Part shown: positions 18,019-25,752 of the stretch, piece by piece
Numbering within the stretch: the stretch's first letter is position 1
How the letters are laid out: the number at the start of each line of letters is the position of its first letter
Source of the DNA: Promethearchaeota archaeon
GTDB taxonomy: Archaea; Asgardarchaeota; Hermodarchaeia; Hermodarchaeales; Hermodarchaeaceae
Assembly (NCBI GenBank): GCA_048939595.1
Contig: JBHLPI010000014.1
Span: forward strand, 3,169-35,168
Length of the DNA stretch: 32,000 bases
Reading direction: 5' to 3'
Translations under genes and position numbers: made by a program
The notes under the pieces: generated by a model
Seen by the model: only the letters and a program-made list of their open reading frames with translations
Told to the model about the DNA's origin: nothing
Databases searched by the model: none

Positions 18019-19324
18019 GTGACCATTTGTGGTCAGTTATTTCCATCAATAGAACAATCTCATAAACTCGATAATCTAATGCGGATTCAATCGGCTTGTA
18101 TGCGATTTGTTTACAATCGTTTATGTGAGAATGTTTCGTATCATGAAATCAAATCAATAATAAAAAGAGAGTTTTCCACAACTAAATGCTAGATATCTTG
18201 AAGGCGGATTCCATCGAGCAGAAGTTATTTACAAAACTGCGAAATATCTTGTAAAGACTGGCAAATTAGAGGGGCTTCATAAAGTTATTTTTGGTGGGAA
18301 AAAGAATTTTCGTCTAAAAACTAGGGGACTCTTGAGTAAAGAAAGATGGAAGCGATTAAGAAATAACCAGCTTCTATCACGCGGGGAACGTCATCAAAAA
18401 GGCAACTTGAACTTGCGGTTTGTTTTGGTAAATGATACATTTCACCTTCGAGTTAATGTTGGAACCAGAAAATGGATATACATACCTACCTTCCTCCCAA
18501 AGGAAATTAACAGATTCTTACGTGGGGTTCAATCCTACGGTGTTCGAATTTTACGTCGTTTTGAAAAATATGAGTTACGTGTGAATTTTGATGAAACACA
18601 TACAGCATCAATTGATTTTAGGATAGGTGCCATCGGTTTAGATTTTAATCATACAAGTATTGATCTAGCTGTAACGAATTCACAAGGCCAATTCATTAAA
18701 AGTCATACAATTTACTGTCATGAATTGACTTCCTCACGAAAGCACAAAAGATCGTGGATTGTTGGAAATTTGGCTAAACGGGTTATCCAGTTTGCTAAAT
18801 ATTGGAAACGCGGTTTAGTTATTGAGCGTTTATTAGATGTAGCACGTGGTCAGTCTAATCAACATAAGTTTGCTCATAGAAAGTTTCACCAAGCTATCAT
18901 AAGAAGGGCAATTAGAGAAGGCGTAGAGATTCGAATAGTAAATCCTGCATTTACTTCGATAATTGGAAAATGGAAATACGCACCCTATTACCTAATTACG
19001 GTCCACCAAGCCGCTGCGCTTGTTATAGCGCGGCGTGGACAAGGGTTTCCAGAGCATCTTCGAGGGTTAAAGTCGTTGATTTTTGAACCAATGGAAGGAA
19101 AAGAAATCAACAAGCGTGTACCTAATCGTCGGGTACACGCATGGAGCCTTTGGAGATTGTTGGGATCCCTACCTGCCCGCAAAGGGCTAACTGCTATGCA
19201 CCTTGGCCAATCCTCAAAAACAACTGGGGTGGAAAGTCAAGGAACAAGGCATTCGACTAAAAGTCTAAATGGAGGCGATTCATTTAGAAGGAAGATCGCA
19301 AGCCCTAGTAGCGGTCCGTCTTGA
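18019..19324 (+). pseudogene. TnpB-related (IS200/IS605 OrfB-family) gene, interrupted by one frameshift
   Basis: The N-terminal frame (GTG 18019 to TAG 18190) encodes LFPSIEQSHKLDNLMRIQSACMRFVYNRL, an OrfB N-terminal HTH-like motif. The +1 frame continues from 18164 into the listed 330-aa ORF. RuvC-I is GLDFN and RuvC-II is LVIERL, then NPAFTSIIG follows. There is no CxxC zinc finger, and HQAAALVIARRG replaces the D-x-NAA-x-NI motif. Removing one A from the A5 run (18162-18166) gives a 434-aa ORF. Confidence 0.7.
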
Positions 19325-19388
19325 TGACGTGAAGAGAGCCTCACATCCCTTTTGGAATGTAAGGGCTTGAGTACTAGGTATAAAACGT

Positions 19389-19883
19389 TTACTTAGCACG
19401 ATGTTTTACACGCCATATCTGTATAATGTATACAGGAATAGCAATTGCAAAGCAGATTATACAGAACAGATAGATGGTTGAAGACGATACCAGACCTAAG
19501 AAGGGATTTCCTAAAAAGGGCCAAAATGGCTGCATTTCTGGATACAAGAAGGCATCTAGAATGATATGAGAGTAAGCTCCAATCAAAGTCGCCACAGTGA
19601 TATTCAGTGGTGAAGTGGGTTGGGGAAGGAGAAAGAATCTCATAACCTTATCAAAAAAGCCTCGGAGTAGGAAAATTACTGCCACGCCAACGAGGGCAAG
19701 TATTGTGGCACCTAGAAAAGTGTGAAAGAATAGATGCTGAACAGGTAAACCAAGAATGAGGAAGGTCAATGGTTCCAAGTCAACGATGATACTTCCGAGT
19801 AAAATGCTGGGTATGAATAAATATGGATACAAGAGTAAACCGATTAGAAGACCTGGACCGAGATGGAATGGCGTAAACGGCAT
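19389..19883 (-). CDS. DUF4184-like polytopic membrane protein
   Basis: N-terminus MPFTPFHLGPGLLIGLL plus conserved His residues (FFHTFLG, YSHIILD); about 5 hydrophobic spans. Confidence 0.55.
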   Translation of the reverse strand: MPFTPFHLGPGLLIGLLLYPYLFIPSILLGSIIVDLEPLTFLILGLPVQHLFFHTFLGATILALVGVAVIFLLRGFFDKVMRFFLLPQPTSPLNITVATLIGAYSHIILDAFLYPEMQPFWPFLGNPFLGLVSSSTIYLFCIICFAIAIPVYIIQIWRVKHRAK

Positions 19884-19925
19884 TGTCTACAACTCGAAGG
19901 ACTAACTGTATATATAATGTAAGAG

Positions 19926-20011
19926 TGGCGCCGAGGACGAGATTTGAACTCGTGAGTCCAGTGGACACAGACTTAGCAGGCCTGCTCCCTACCAGGCTAG
20001 GATACCTCGGC
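19926..20011 (-). tRNA. tRNA-Ser (anticodon GCU), encoded CCA
   Basis: Minus strand: acceptor GCCGAGG/CCUCGGC, discriminator G, CCA. Anticodon arm CAGGC-CUGCUAA-GUCUG, long variable arm (UGUCCACUGGACUC), T-arm ACGAG-UUCAAAU-CUCGU. Confidence 0.9.
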
Positions 20012-20041
20012 ACAAATTGTGTGCTCTAAAAGTCGCCTTAT

Positions 20042-20458
20042 TTAATAAGGTTGTGTTGATGGGTTTGTAAGAACTGAACGAAAACTATAGTCTGGAATTC
20101 TGAGAATGAAGAGGGCTAGGACTATACCAATTGTCCCTTCGATTATTCCGAGCCAGAGCAGAGTAATAGGTAATCCTATCACAACATAATAAACCACAAC
20201 TATGAAGGCAATTAGACGGGCTGGGATATTAGCCACGGGAATTAAGAGATAATGTTCAAGATTACGTGATGTCAAAATAAGTGCGATACCAAAACCTACG
20301 AGAAACGCTGCAATGATTTGGAGAAGGGCTGCGGAAAGAATTGTTAGAGGGTAATTGAGTAGAATTGAGATTAGTGGTGATCCTAATAGAAAGATAATCC
20401 CTAAGATGAGATCATATAATCCTGCAAATAAGACAAATCGTGAAAACCATCGCTTCAT
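20042..20458 (-). CDS. Hypothetical small membrane protein (about 4 TM)
   Basis: Hydrophobic throughout. The listed ORF start (20557) runs into tRNA-Val, so Met at 20458 (MKRWFSRF) or 20500 is the likely start. Confidence 0.5.
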   Translation of the reverse strand: MKRWFSRFVLFAGLYDLILGIIFLLGSPLISILLNYPLTILSAALLQIIAAFLVGFGIALILTSRNLEHYLLIPVANIPARLIAFIVVVYYVVIGLPITLLWLGIIEGTIGIVLALFILRIPDYSFRSVLTNPSTQPY

Positions 20459-20523
20459 GATTTTAACCTCTGCATAAATTCCGAGCTTAGGTTCCTTCAT
20501 CAGTTCTAGTAGAAAAGGGTGTG

Positions 20524-20631
20524 TGGTGGGCCGAGAGGGACTCGAACCCCCGACCATCGCGGTGTAAGCGCGATATCATAGCCTTCTAGTCTACAGGAGT
20601 CCCGTCCTGTAGATAGCTAGACCATCGGCCC
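20524..20631 (-). tRNA. tRNA-Val (anticodon UAC) with a 31-nt D-loop intron, encoded CCA
   Basis: Acceptor GGGCCGA/UCGGCCC-A-CCA; anticodon arm UCGCG-CUUACAC-CGCGA; T-arm GGGGG-UUCGAGU-CCCUC (5 bp, one G-U pair). Intron 20584-20614: H/H' CUAG/CUAG, bulges CUA and AAG, 9-bp inner hairpin. The mature D-loop reads AGCUGGCUAU. Confidence 0.9.
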
Positions 20632-20693
20632 AACTTGCCGAGAGTTGTTCAACGCTTCCCTATAAAGGCTTCTCGAAGTATATTTTGAAAAAA

Positions 20694-21215
20694 TCAGTTG
20701 TGCTCAACTTCCTTTTTTAGGAGTTGGACTTGTTTTTTCAACAGCGTGATTATTGGGAGGTTATCGACATGAACCAATTGGCCAGAACACACGGGACACT
20801 TGAAGGCATTTGCCATAGCCTCTTCGAAGGTGTGGCGTGGACAACCATTATTTTTGCAGTGGTAGAATGTATTTTCTGTTTCAAATTGGAGTCGTTGTTG
20901 CAGCTTATCAAGAACCTTGTTCTTTTTGTCTCGGAGTAAGCCATGAATCCGTTCAGGTTCTAATATCCAGTAGTAAACAAACCAACCGGTTTGTTTGTCG
21001 CGGGTTCGGCGATATGACGCTAAATGAAGATCGTAAAGTTTGTAAAGGATCTTGCGGACGGCATTTAGGCGCATGCCCGTTTCGTTTGCAATTTCCTCAT
21101 CAGTCGTTTCTTCGTTATCTTTTAAGTGTCTAACTACTTCAAATGCGTCTTCGCCGGCGAATTCTATGACAACCTGCTTAATTAGCGTCTCACGTCCGGA
21201 CATAGATTTACACAT
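20694..21215 (-). CDS. tfe: Transcription factor E (TFE alpha, TFIIE-alpha homologue)
   Basis: N-terminal winged helix (TDEEIANETGMRLNAVRKILYKL) and a zinc ribbon (YHCKNNGCP...FKCPVCSG); 173 aa. Confidence 0.85.
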   Translation of the reverse strand: MCKSMSGRETLIKQVVIEFAGEDAFEVVRHLKDNEETTDEEIANETGMRLNAVRKILYKLYDLHLASYRRTRDKQTGWFVYYWILEPERIHGLLRDKKNKVLDKLQQRLQFETENTFYHCKNNGCPRHTFEEAMANAFKCPVCSGQLVHVDNLPIITLLKKQVQLLKKEVEHN

Positions 21216-21288
21216 AATCTAATCTTACGTTGAATATAGACCTTTTTGTTTAACAACGGAAATTGCTGATTTAAATCGCTCGAGAGAA

Positions 21289-21837
21289 TTAATCAGATTT
21301 CTTAACTTGCTTGCCATGGTTTGTCGGCTGGATTTCTATTTTTGCATCAGAAAATTTTTGGTAAAGGCTTCGTCCCTCAAAGAGCCTATCCAAGAATAAG
21401 GCGAGAGCTGCAACTTCGCTATGTGGTTGATGACCAATTGCAACGTTAAAATCAGCTAAGTGAAAGATCTCGCTAGGCACTTTGGGACCTCCGACCACGA
21501 TGAGTAATGGTTGTTGTGAAGAACGGATTTGTTCAATTACCTCATCAACATGAAGGCCATACATGGTAAGGTGGATAATTGCACCCTGTTGTTCTTTCCA
21601 TTCTTGAATACGATTTCGCCACTTTACACTAGAGGTGGTTTTGAATGCTTGATTTCCCCACTGACTCGTTACCTTCTGTATTGTTTCTGAAATTTTAGGA
21701 TCTTTTAATCCAGAAACCCAAAATTCGGTTGCGCCAAAAGCTCGTGCTGTTAGTCCAACATGCGTTGTTATACGTTTATCACGTTCTGGACGGTGGTCCA
21801 ATTTCAGAACGACTATTCGTCTGTCTATTGGAACCAT
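21289..21837 (-). CDS. tRNA (cytidine56-2'-O)-methyltransferase aTrm56 (SPOUT)
   Basis: VVLKLDHRPERDKRITTHVGLTARAFGA, HLTMYG, VGGPKVP and NVAIGHQPHSEVAALALFLDRL are all family-typical. ATG 21837 is preferred over the listed 21879, which would abut the MBF1 stop. Confidence 0.85.
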   Translation of the reverse strand: MVPIDRRIVVLKLDHRPERDKRITTHVGLTARAFGATEFWVSGLKDPKISETIQKVTSQWGNQAFKTTSSVKWRNRIQEWKEQQGAIIHLTMYGLHVDEVIEQIRSSQQPLLIVVGGPKVPSEIFHLADFNVAIGHQPHSEVAALALFLDRLFEGRSLYQKFSDAKIEIQPTNHGKQVKKSD

Positions 21838-21880
21838 GGAAATTCCTCTTCTTCTGTCTAAGGAATACCAACAAAACAAC

Positions 21881-22405
21881 TTATTGCGATGTTGGTTTCT
21901 TTCGTTTTATTTGAACCACATCACCTAAGGTTGCAGAGCTCGGTGAAGGCATAGGAGAAAGATCAACTGACTCTGCCTCCTCTAGTAGTGTGACTTTGTA
22001 CAACCGTTCTAATTTTCGTGCCAGTGAAATTGTTGGAGTCATTTTGCCACTTTCGACTTTTGTTATCAGTGACGTCCGCTCATGTAGTTGGTTAGCCACA
22101 TCTCGTTGTGACCACCCTTTTTGTTCTCGGGCTTTCCGAATTATTTTGGTAAAATTCTCGACTGGCACTAATTCGCGCTGTTGGAGTCGAGAACGGGAAC
22201 CTGTATGCCTGATTGTTGATGATGGGCGGGAGATGGAAACTGGGCGACTTCTCGGTGGGGTCGATGCCGAATATCCTTGTTTCTTAGTTCGGTGTACAGG
22301 TTGGCCCAACTCAGCACATCGATTACACGCATAAAGGGTTGCTCCTTCGAGAGTAATTTCTCGGGTTGAATGACATTCACGACCACAGATTTCACAGGTT
22401 GGCAT
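21881..22405 (-). CDS. mbf1: Archaeal multiprotein-bridging factor 1 (zinc ribbon + Cro/C1 HTH)
   Basis: N-terminal CEICG...CNRC ribbon and C-terminal HTH GWSQRDVANQLHERTSLITKVESGK. Confidence 0.85.
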   Translation of the reverse strand: MPTCEICGRECHSTREITLEGATLYACNRCAELGQPVHRTKKQGYSASTPPRSRPVSISRPSSTIRHTGSRSRLQQRELVPVENFTKIIRKAREQKGWSQRDVANQLHERTSLITKVESGKMTPTISLARKLERLYKVTLLEEAESVDLSPMPSPSSATLGDVVQIKRKKPTSQ

Positions 22406-22545
22406 TGTTCCTGATCGCCACCATTCTACCTTTACCCGCCAATATCTAAAAAGGTGTTTTTGTTCTAACTATCTCTCAGTAATAGGACATCTTGGACTGA
22501 GGGAATAAAAAAAGCTTTTAGCGCGTTTAACTCAGAGAGCTTGCA

Positions 22546-23751
22546 ATGACCGATTCAACTGACATCCGAAAAAAAGAAGTTTCATCTGAGGACTACATGA
22601 GTCTCGCTGAGCGATCAGTTCTATTAGAGCAACGGCTTCGAGAGCTTGAGGTTGAAAGGGAACAGATAATTGCTGAACGTACGCGGCTTGAAAATGAAGT
22701 TCGTATTCTTCAAGCCGAACTAAACAAATTGCGTCAGCCCCCCCTAGTCTCAGCAACAGTAATCGATGTTCTCGACGATGGTCGGGTGATTGTAAAAAGC
22801 AGCACCGGTCCACAGTTTGTGGTTAATTATCCCGAATCGATAATTGGCAGTCAACTTGAATCGGGGGCAAAGGTGGCATTGAACCAGCGGACACTTGCTG
22901 TTGTCGATATTCTACCCATTTCGATTGACCCCTTTGTCCAAGCTATGAATGTTGAAGAAAGCCCTGATGTAACCTACGATGACATCGGAGGTTTAGAGGA
23001 ACAAATTTCAGAAATTCGTGAGACAGTAGAACTTCCTCTCCTTCATCCTGAGCTATTCGAAAAAGTGGGCATTGAGCCCCCGAAAGGAGTGCTTTTATGT
23101 GGACCTCCAGGTACGGGAAAGACCCTACTCGCTCGTGCAGTCGCTCATGAAACTAAAGCGACCTTCATTCGGGTTATCGGCTCCGAACTCGTCCAAAAAT
23201 TCATTGGCGAAGGAGCTAGAATTGTAAGAGAGATTTTCTATATGGCTCGAAAACGATCGCCAAGTATCGTCTTCATTGATGAATTAGATGCAGTGGCTAG
23301 TCGTCGACTGGATATCGCCACTAGTGGTGATCGTGAAGTACAAAGAACTCTGATGCAACTTCTTAGTATGCTTGATGGCTTTGACCCTCGGGGTGATGTT
23401 CGCATTATTGCTGCAACAAACCGTCCTGATATTCTGGATAGCGCACTTACAAGGCCTGGAAGATTTGATCGTATCATTGAATTTCCATTTCCCGATAAAG
23501 AAGCCCGAATTCAGATTCTTCTTATTCATATGCGGAACATGAACATTCACCCTGATGTTGATGTAAGTAGTCTTGCTTTGAAAACAAACGGTGCCTCTGG
23601 AGCCGATTTGAAGGCAATTTGTACTGAGGCGGGAATGTTTGCTATTCGTGAACTTCGAGATGAGGTCTTCAAAGAGGATTTCAATAAAGCTATCACTAAG
23701 GTTTTGGGCTCAATTGGTGATAGAGGTGACGCGACAGACATTTATGGATAA
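22546..23751 (+). CDS. pan: Proteasome-activating nucleotidase PAN
   Basis: N-terminal coiled coil, OB region, [36 protein letters not shown]; 401 aa. Confidence 0.9.
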   Translation: MTDSTDIRKKEVSSEDYMSLAERSVLLEQRLRELEVEREQIIAERTRLENEVRILQAELNKLRQPPLVSATVIDVLDDGRVIVKSSTGPQFVVNYPESIIGSQLESGAKVALNQRTLAVVDILPISIDPFVQAMNVEESPDVTYDDIGGLEEQISEIRETVELPLLHPELFEKVGIEPPKGVLLCGPPGTGKTLLARAVAHETKATFIRVIGSELVQKFIGEGARIVREIFYMARKRSPSIVFIDELDAVASRRLDIATSGDREVQRTLMQLLSMLDGFDPRGDVRIIAATNRPDILDSALTRPGRFDRIIEFPFPDKEARIQILLIHMRNMNIHPDVDVSSLALKTNGASGADLKAICTEAGMFAIRELRDEVFKEDFNKAITKVLGSIGDRGDATDIYG

Positions 23752-23754
23752 TTC

Positions 23755-24261
23755 ATTGTAAGAAAAACGAGGCGAGTTACTTCGCAGATTAACGAGAAAC
23801 TCTACCGGGTAAGAGGCATTGCTAACTACCAATTCAATGCGCCAATAGGTCATTTACTGTTTCCCGACAAATGCCAAGTAGAGGTTTCCAAGACTTCAGG
23901 ACGAATTCGACGAGTAAGCTTAGACTCAACAATTCTTGCCACGGTTCGCGCACATGATGGAATGATTGTCCTTACGATAGAAGGTGGTAAACGCCTTCAC
24001 AAAGTTCTTCCACCACCGAAACTAAGAGTGATTGCTGATCAGGGAGTAGCGAAATTCATCGCTAAAGGACGAAGTGTTTTTGCTAAACACGTGAAAGACG
24101 TAGATCCTCACCTACGGGCCGGGGATGAGGTATTAGTTACAGATGAGAAAGACACATTGCTAGCAGTCGGTAGAGCTCACCTAAGCCCACGGGAAATGAT
24201 TGATTTATCTCGTGGTGTAGCAGTGAAAACCCGACATTCAATCAGGAAGCGGAAAACCTAA
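23755..24261 (+). CDS. PUA-domain protein (pre-PUA + PUA, COG1370-like); start codon unresolved
   Basis: The frame is open from 23752. The upstream 70 codons encode ...LYRVRGIANYQFNAPIGHLLFP...SGRIRRV...ATVRAHDG, a family-typical pre-PUA region, but contain no ATG/GTG/TTG. The first canonical start is ATG 23962. ATT 23755 and ATT 23788 are candidate starts. Confidence 0.6.
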   Translation: MVRKTRRVTSQINEKLYRVRGIANYQFNAPIGHLLFPDKCQVEVSKTSGRIRRVSLDSTILATVRAHDGMIVLTIEGGKRLHKVLPPPKLRVIADQGVAKFIAKGRSVFAKHVKDVDPHLRAGDEVLVTDEKDTLLAVGRAHLSPREMIDLSRGVAVKTRHSIRKRKT

Positions 24262-24275
24262 ATTTATACTTACTT

Positions 24276-24701
24276 ATGCGATTCTGCATATATTATGAGG
24301 GACCCGCATTGGTGAAAGTAAAGAAAGTCAAATCGAAGAAACGCTCCATGGAACGCCAAATGCGCAAAATGGGCGTTGATTTTCAACAACTCGAAGATGT
24401 ATCAGAAGTGCTAATACGACTCTCAGATAAGGAAATCGTAATCCCTCAAGCCCAAGTGCTTGTCATGCAGGCACAGGGTGACGATATCTACCAAATAATC
24501 GGCCAATCAGAGGAAAGAAGTCTAACGGTATCTGCTGAAGCAGAAGAGACAAGTCCTACCACTCCAGTTCAGACTTTCAGTGAAGAGGATGTTCAACTAG
24601 TTGCAAGTCAAGCCAATGTATCCGAAAATGAAGCTCGTAATGCTTTGCGTGAGGCTGATGGAAATCTAGCAAAGGCAATTATAGTGTTGACAGAAAAATA
24701 A
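24276..24701 (+). CDS. nac: Nascent polypeptide-associated complex protein (archaeal NAC alpha, NAC + UBA)
   Basis: RQMRKMGVDFQQLEDVSEVLIRL (NAC domain) and a C-terminal UBA-like segment SENEARNALREADGNLAKAI. TTG 24309 and GTG 24312, just after GAGG, are alternative starts. Confidence 0.8.
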   Translation: MRFCIYYEGPALVKVKKVKSKKRSMERQMRKMGVDFQQLEDVSEVLIRLSDKEIVIPQAQVLVMQAQGDDIYQIIGQSEERSLTVSAEAEETSPTTPVQTFSEEDVQLVASQANVSENEARNALREADGNLAKAIIVLTEK

Positions 24702-24706
24702 TGAAT

Positions 24707-25360
24707 TCATTTCTCTTCCTTTCGTTCAAGCATAGCTTTTACCCGTTTCATTCGAAAGAGGTCTTCTCGTTCTTGTTCTTCTAACATGAGTTCGATATAT
24801 CGGATTGTATTGTTAATTCGAGGAAGAACCACATAATTGAGGGCATTTACTCTTCGCTTTGTTTTTTCTATTTCTGATGCAAGCCGCTTAACAGATGCTT
24901 CGATTTCAGCTAATCGTACTACTTTGTCAAGGGCTAAGCGGACTTTTTGAGCCGCTTTATCTACTGTAGCTGATGTTCCTGCTAGGCTATAATGCAACTG
25001 GACAGCTTCTTCCTGTTCGGTTATCCTGAAAATCGGAACCGAGACTCCCATTGTGTTTCGGGTTTCCACTTCAAAATCAAGGGGGCTTTTTGCTCCAAGT
25101 GCTAATTCTTGAAGTTTTGCTCCCCCCTCAACCAGTTTAGCATTCATTAGTGAGGTGAAGGCTTCTGAAAGAGTAGTTTCCATTTCCTCTCGATATTTTT
25201 TTGCTTCTGATAGAATTGCAAAGAATTCGCGAACAAGCGCGTCTTGTTTTTCTCGAAGTAATTCATATCCACGCGCTGCAAGTTCACGCCGTTCTTTGAG
25301 TGATAGTAATTCCATTCGTGTTGGACGAACCCCTGCAATAATACCTGCCGATTCTGACAA
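24707..25360 (-). CDS. atpD: A/V-type ATP synthase subunit D
   Basis: VRPTRMELLSLKERRELAARGYELLREKQDALVREF and a long coiled-coil; 217 aa. Confidence 0.85.
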   Translation of the reverse strand: MSESAGIIAGVRPTRMELLSLKERRELAARGYELLREKQDALVREFFAILSEAKKYREEMETTLSEAFTSLMNAKLVEGGAKLQELALGAKSPLDFEVETRNTMGVSVPIFRITEQEEAVQLHYSLAGTSATVDKAAQKVRLALDKVVRLAEIEASVKRLASEIEKTKRRVNALNYVVLPRINNTIRYIELMLEEQEREDLFRMKRVKAMLERKEEK

Positions 25361-25369
25361 GGTAATACC

Positions 25370-25666
25370 TCACGGAGATAATGGGAGTAGTGCATATACT
25401 CCAATGACCCAAATAAGAATCGCTACTACTACTATAAACCATTCAAAGAACAATTTGCGAGTTCGTTCGGGATTTTCATTCATTAATCCTGCCATGCCAA
25501 AGCAAAGTCCACAAATTAGTAAATATGCGAGAAGGAGGATAGCTGCTGCTTGGTCAAAGGGAATATCCAAGACGAGGTTCGTTATGGCAAGGAATACAGC
25601 TCCAAGTAGGAATAAAATACCTACGACTTGTAAAATCCGAATGAGCTTGGAGTTTGTTTCGACCAC
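25370..25666 (-). CDS. Hypothetical small membrane protein (3 TM)
   Basis: 98 aa with three hydrophobic spans, lying between dnaG and atpD on the same strand. No family was recognised. Confidence 0.45.
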   Translation of the reverse strand: MVETNSKLIRILQVVGILFLLGAVFLAITNLVLDIPFDQAAAILLLAYLLICGLCFGMAGLMNENPERTRKLFFEWFIVVVAILIWVIGVYALLPLSP

Positions 25667-25752
25667 AACTACACACTCGCTGTATTGATAAAGATGAAGC
25701 GAAAATGCGGGGTTCGATATTTAAGCATTGCTAACTTGACAGAATTCACTGG

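Noticed and set aside
20459-20557. N-terminal extension of the 171-aa membrane ORF (MVGGSSPSRPTTHPFLLEL...)
   Set aside because: The extension overlaps tRNA-Val (20524-20631) on the same strand. An internal Met at 20458 or 20500 gives a sensible membrane-protein start.
19389-20631. A tRNA-flanked segment (tRNA-Val, membrane protein, tRNA-Ser, DUF4184 protein, TnpB-like gene) as an integrated element
   Set aside because: I found no integrase and no direct repeat of a tRNA 3' half (att site) by eye. The evidence is insufficient.
23749-23757. PAN-PUA (and UPF0200-UPF0201 at 6255-6260) as stop-codon readthrough or recoded fusion proteins
   Set aside because: Both pairs are in frame across a single stop. 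However, in the archaea I know these are independent proteins, the stops differ (TAA and TAG), and a 1-in-3 chance coincidence occurring twice is not compelling. Readthrough is mentioned only as an alternative to near-cognate initiation.
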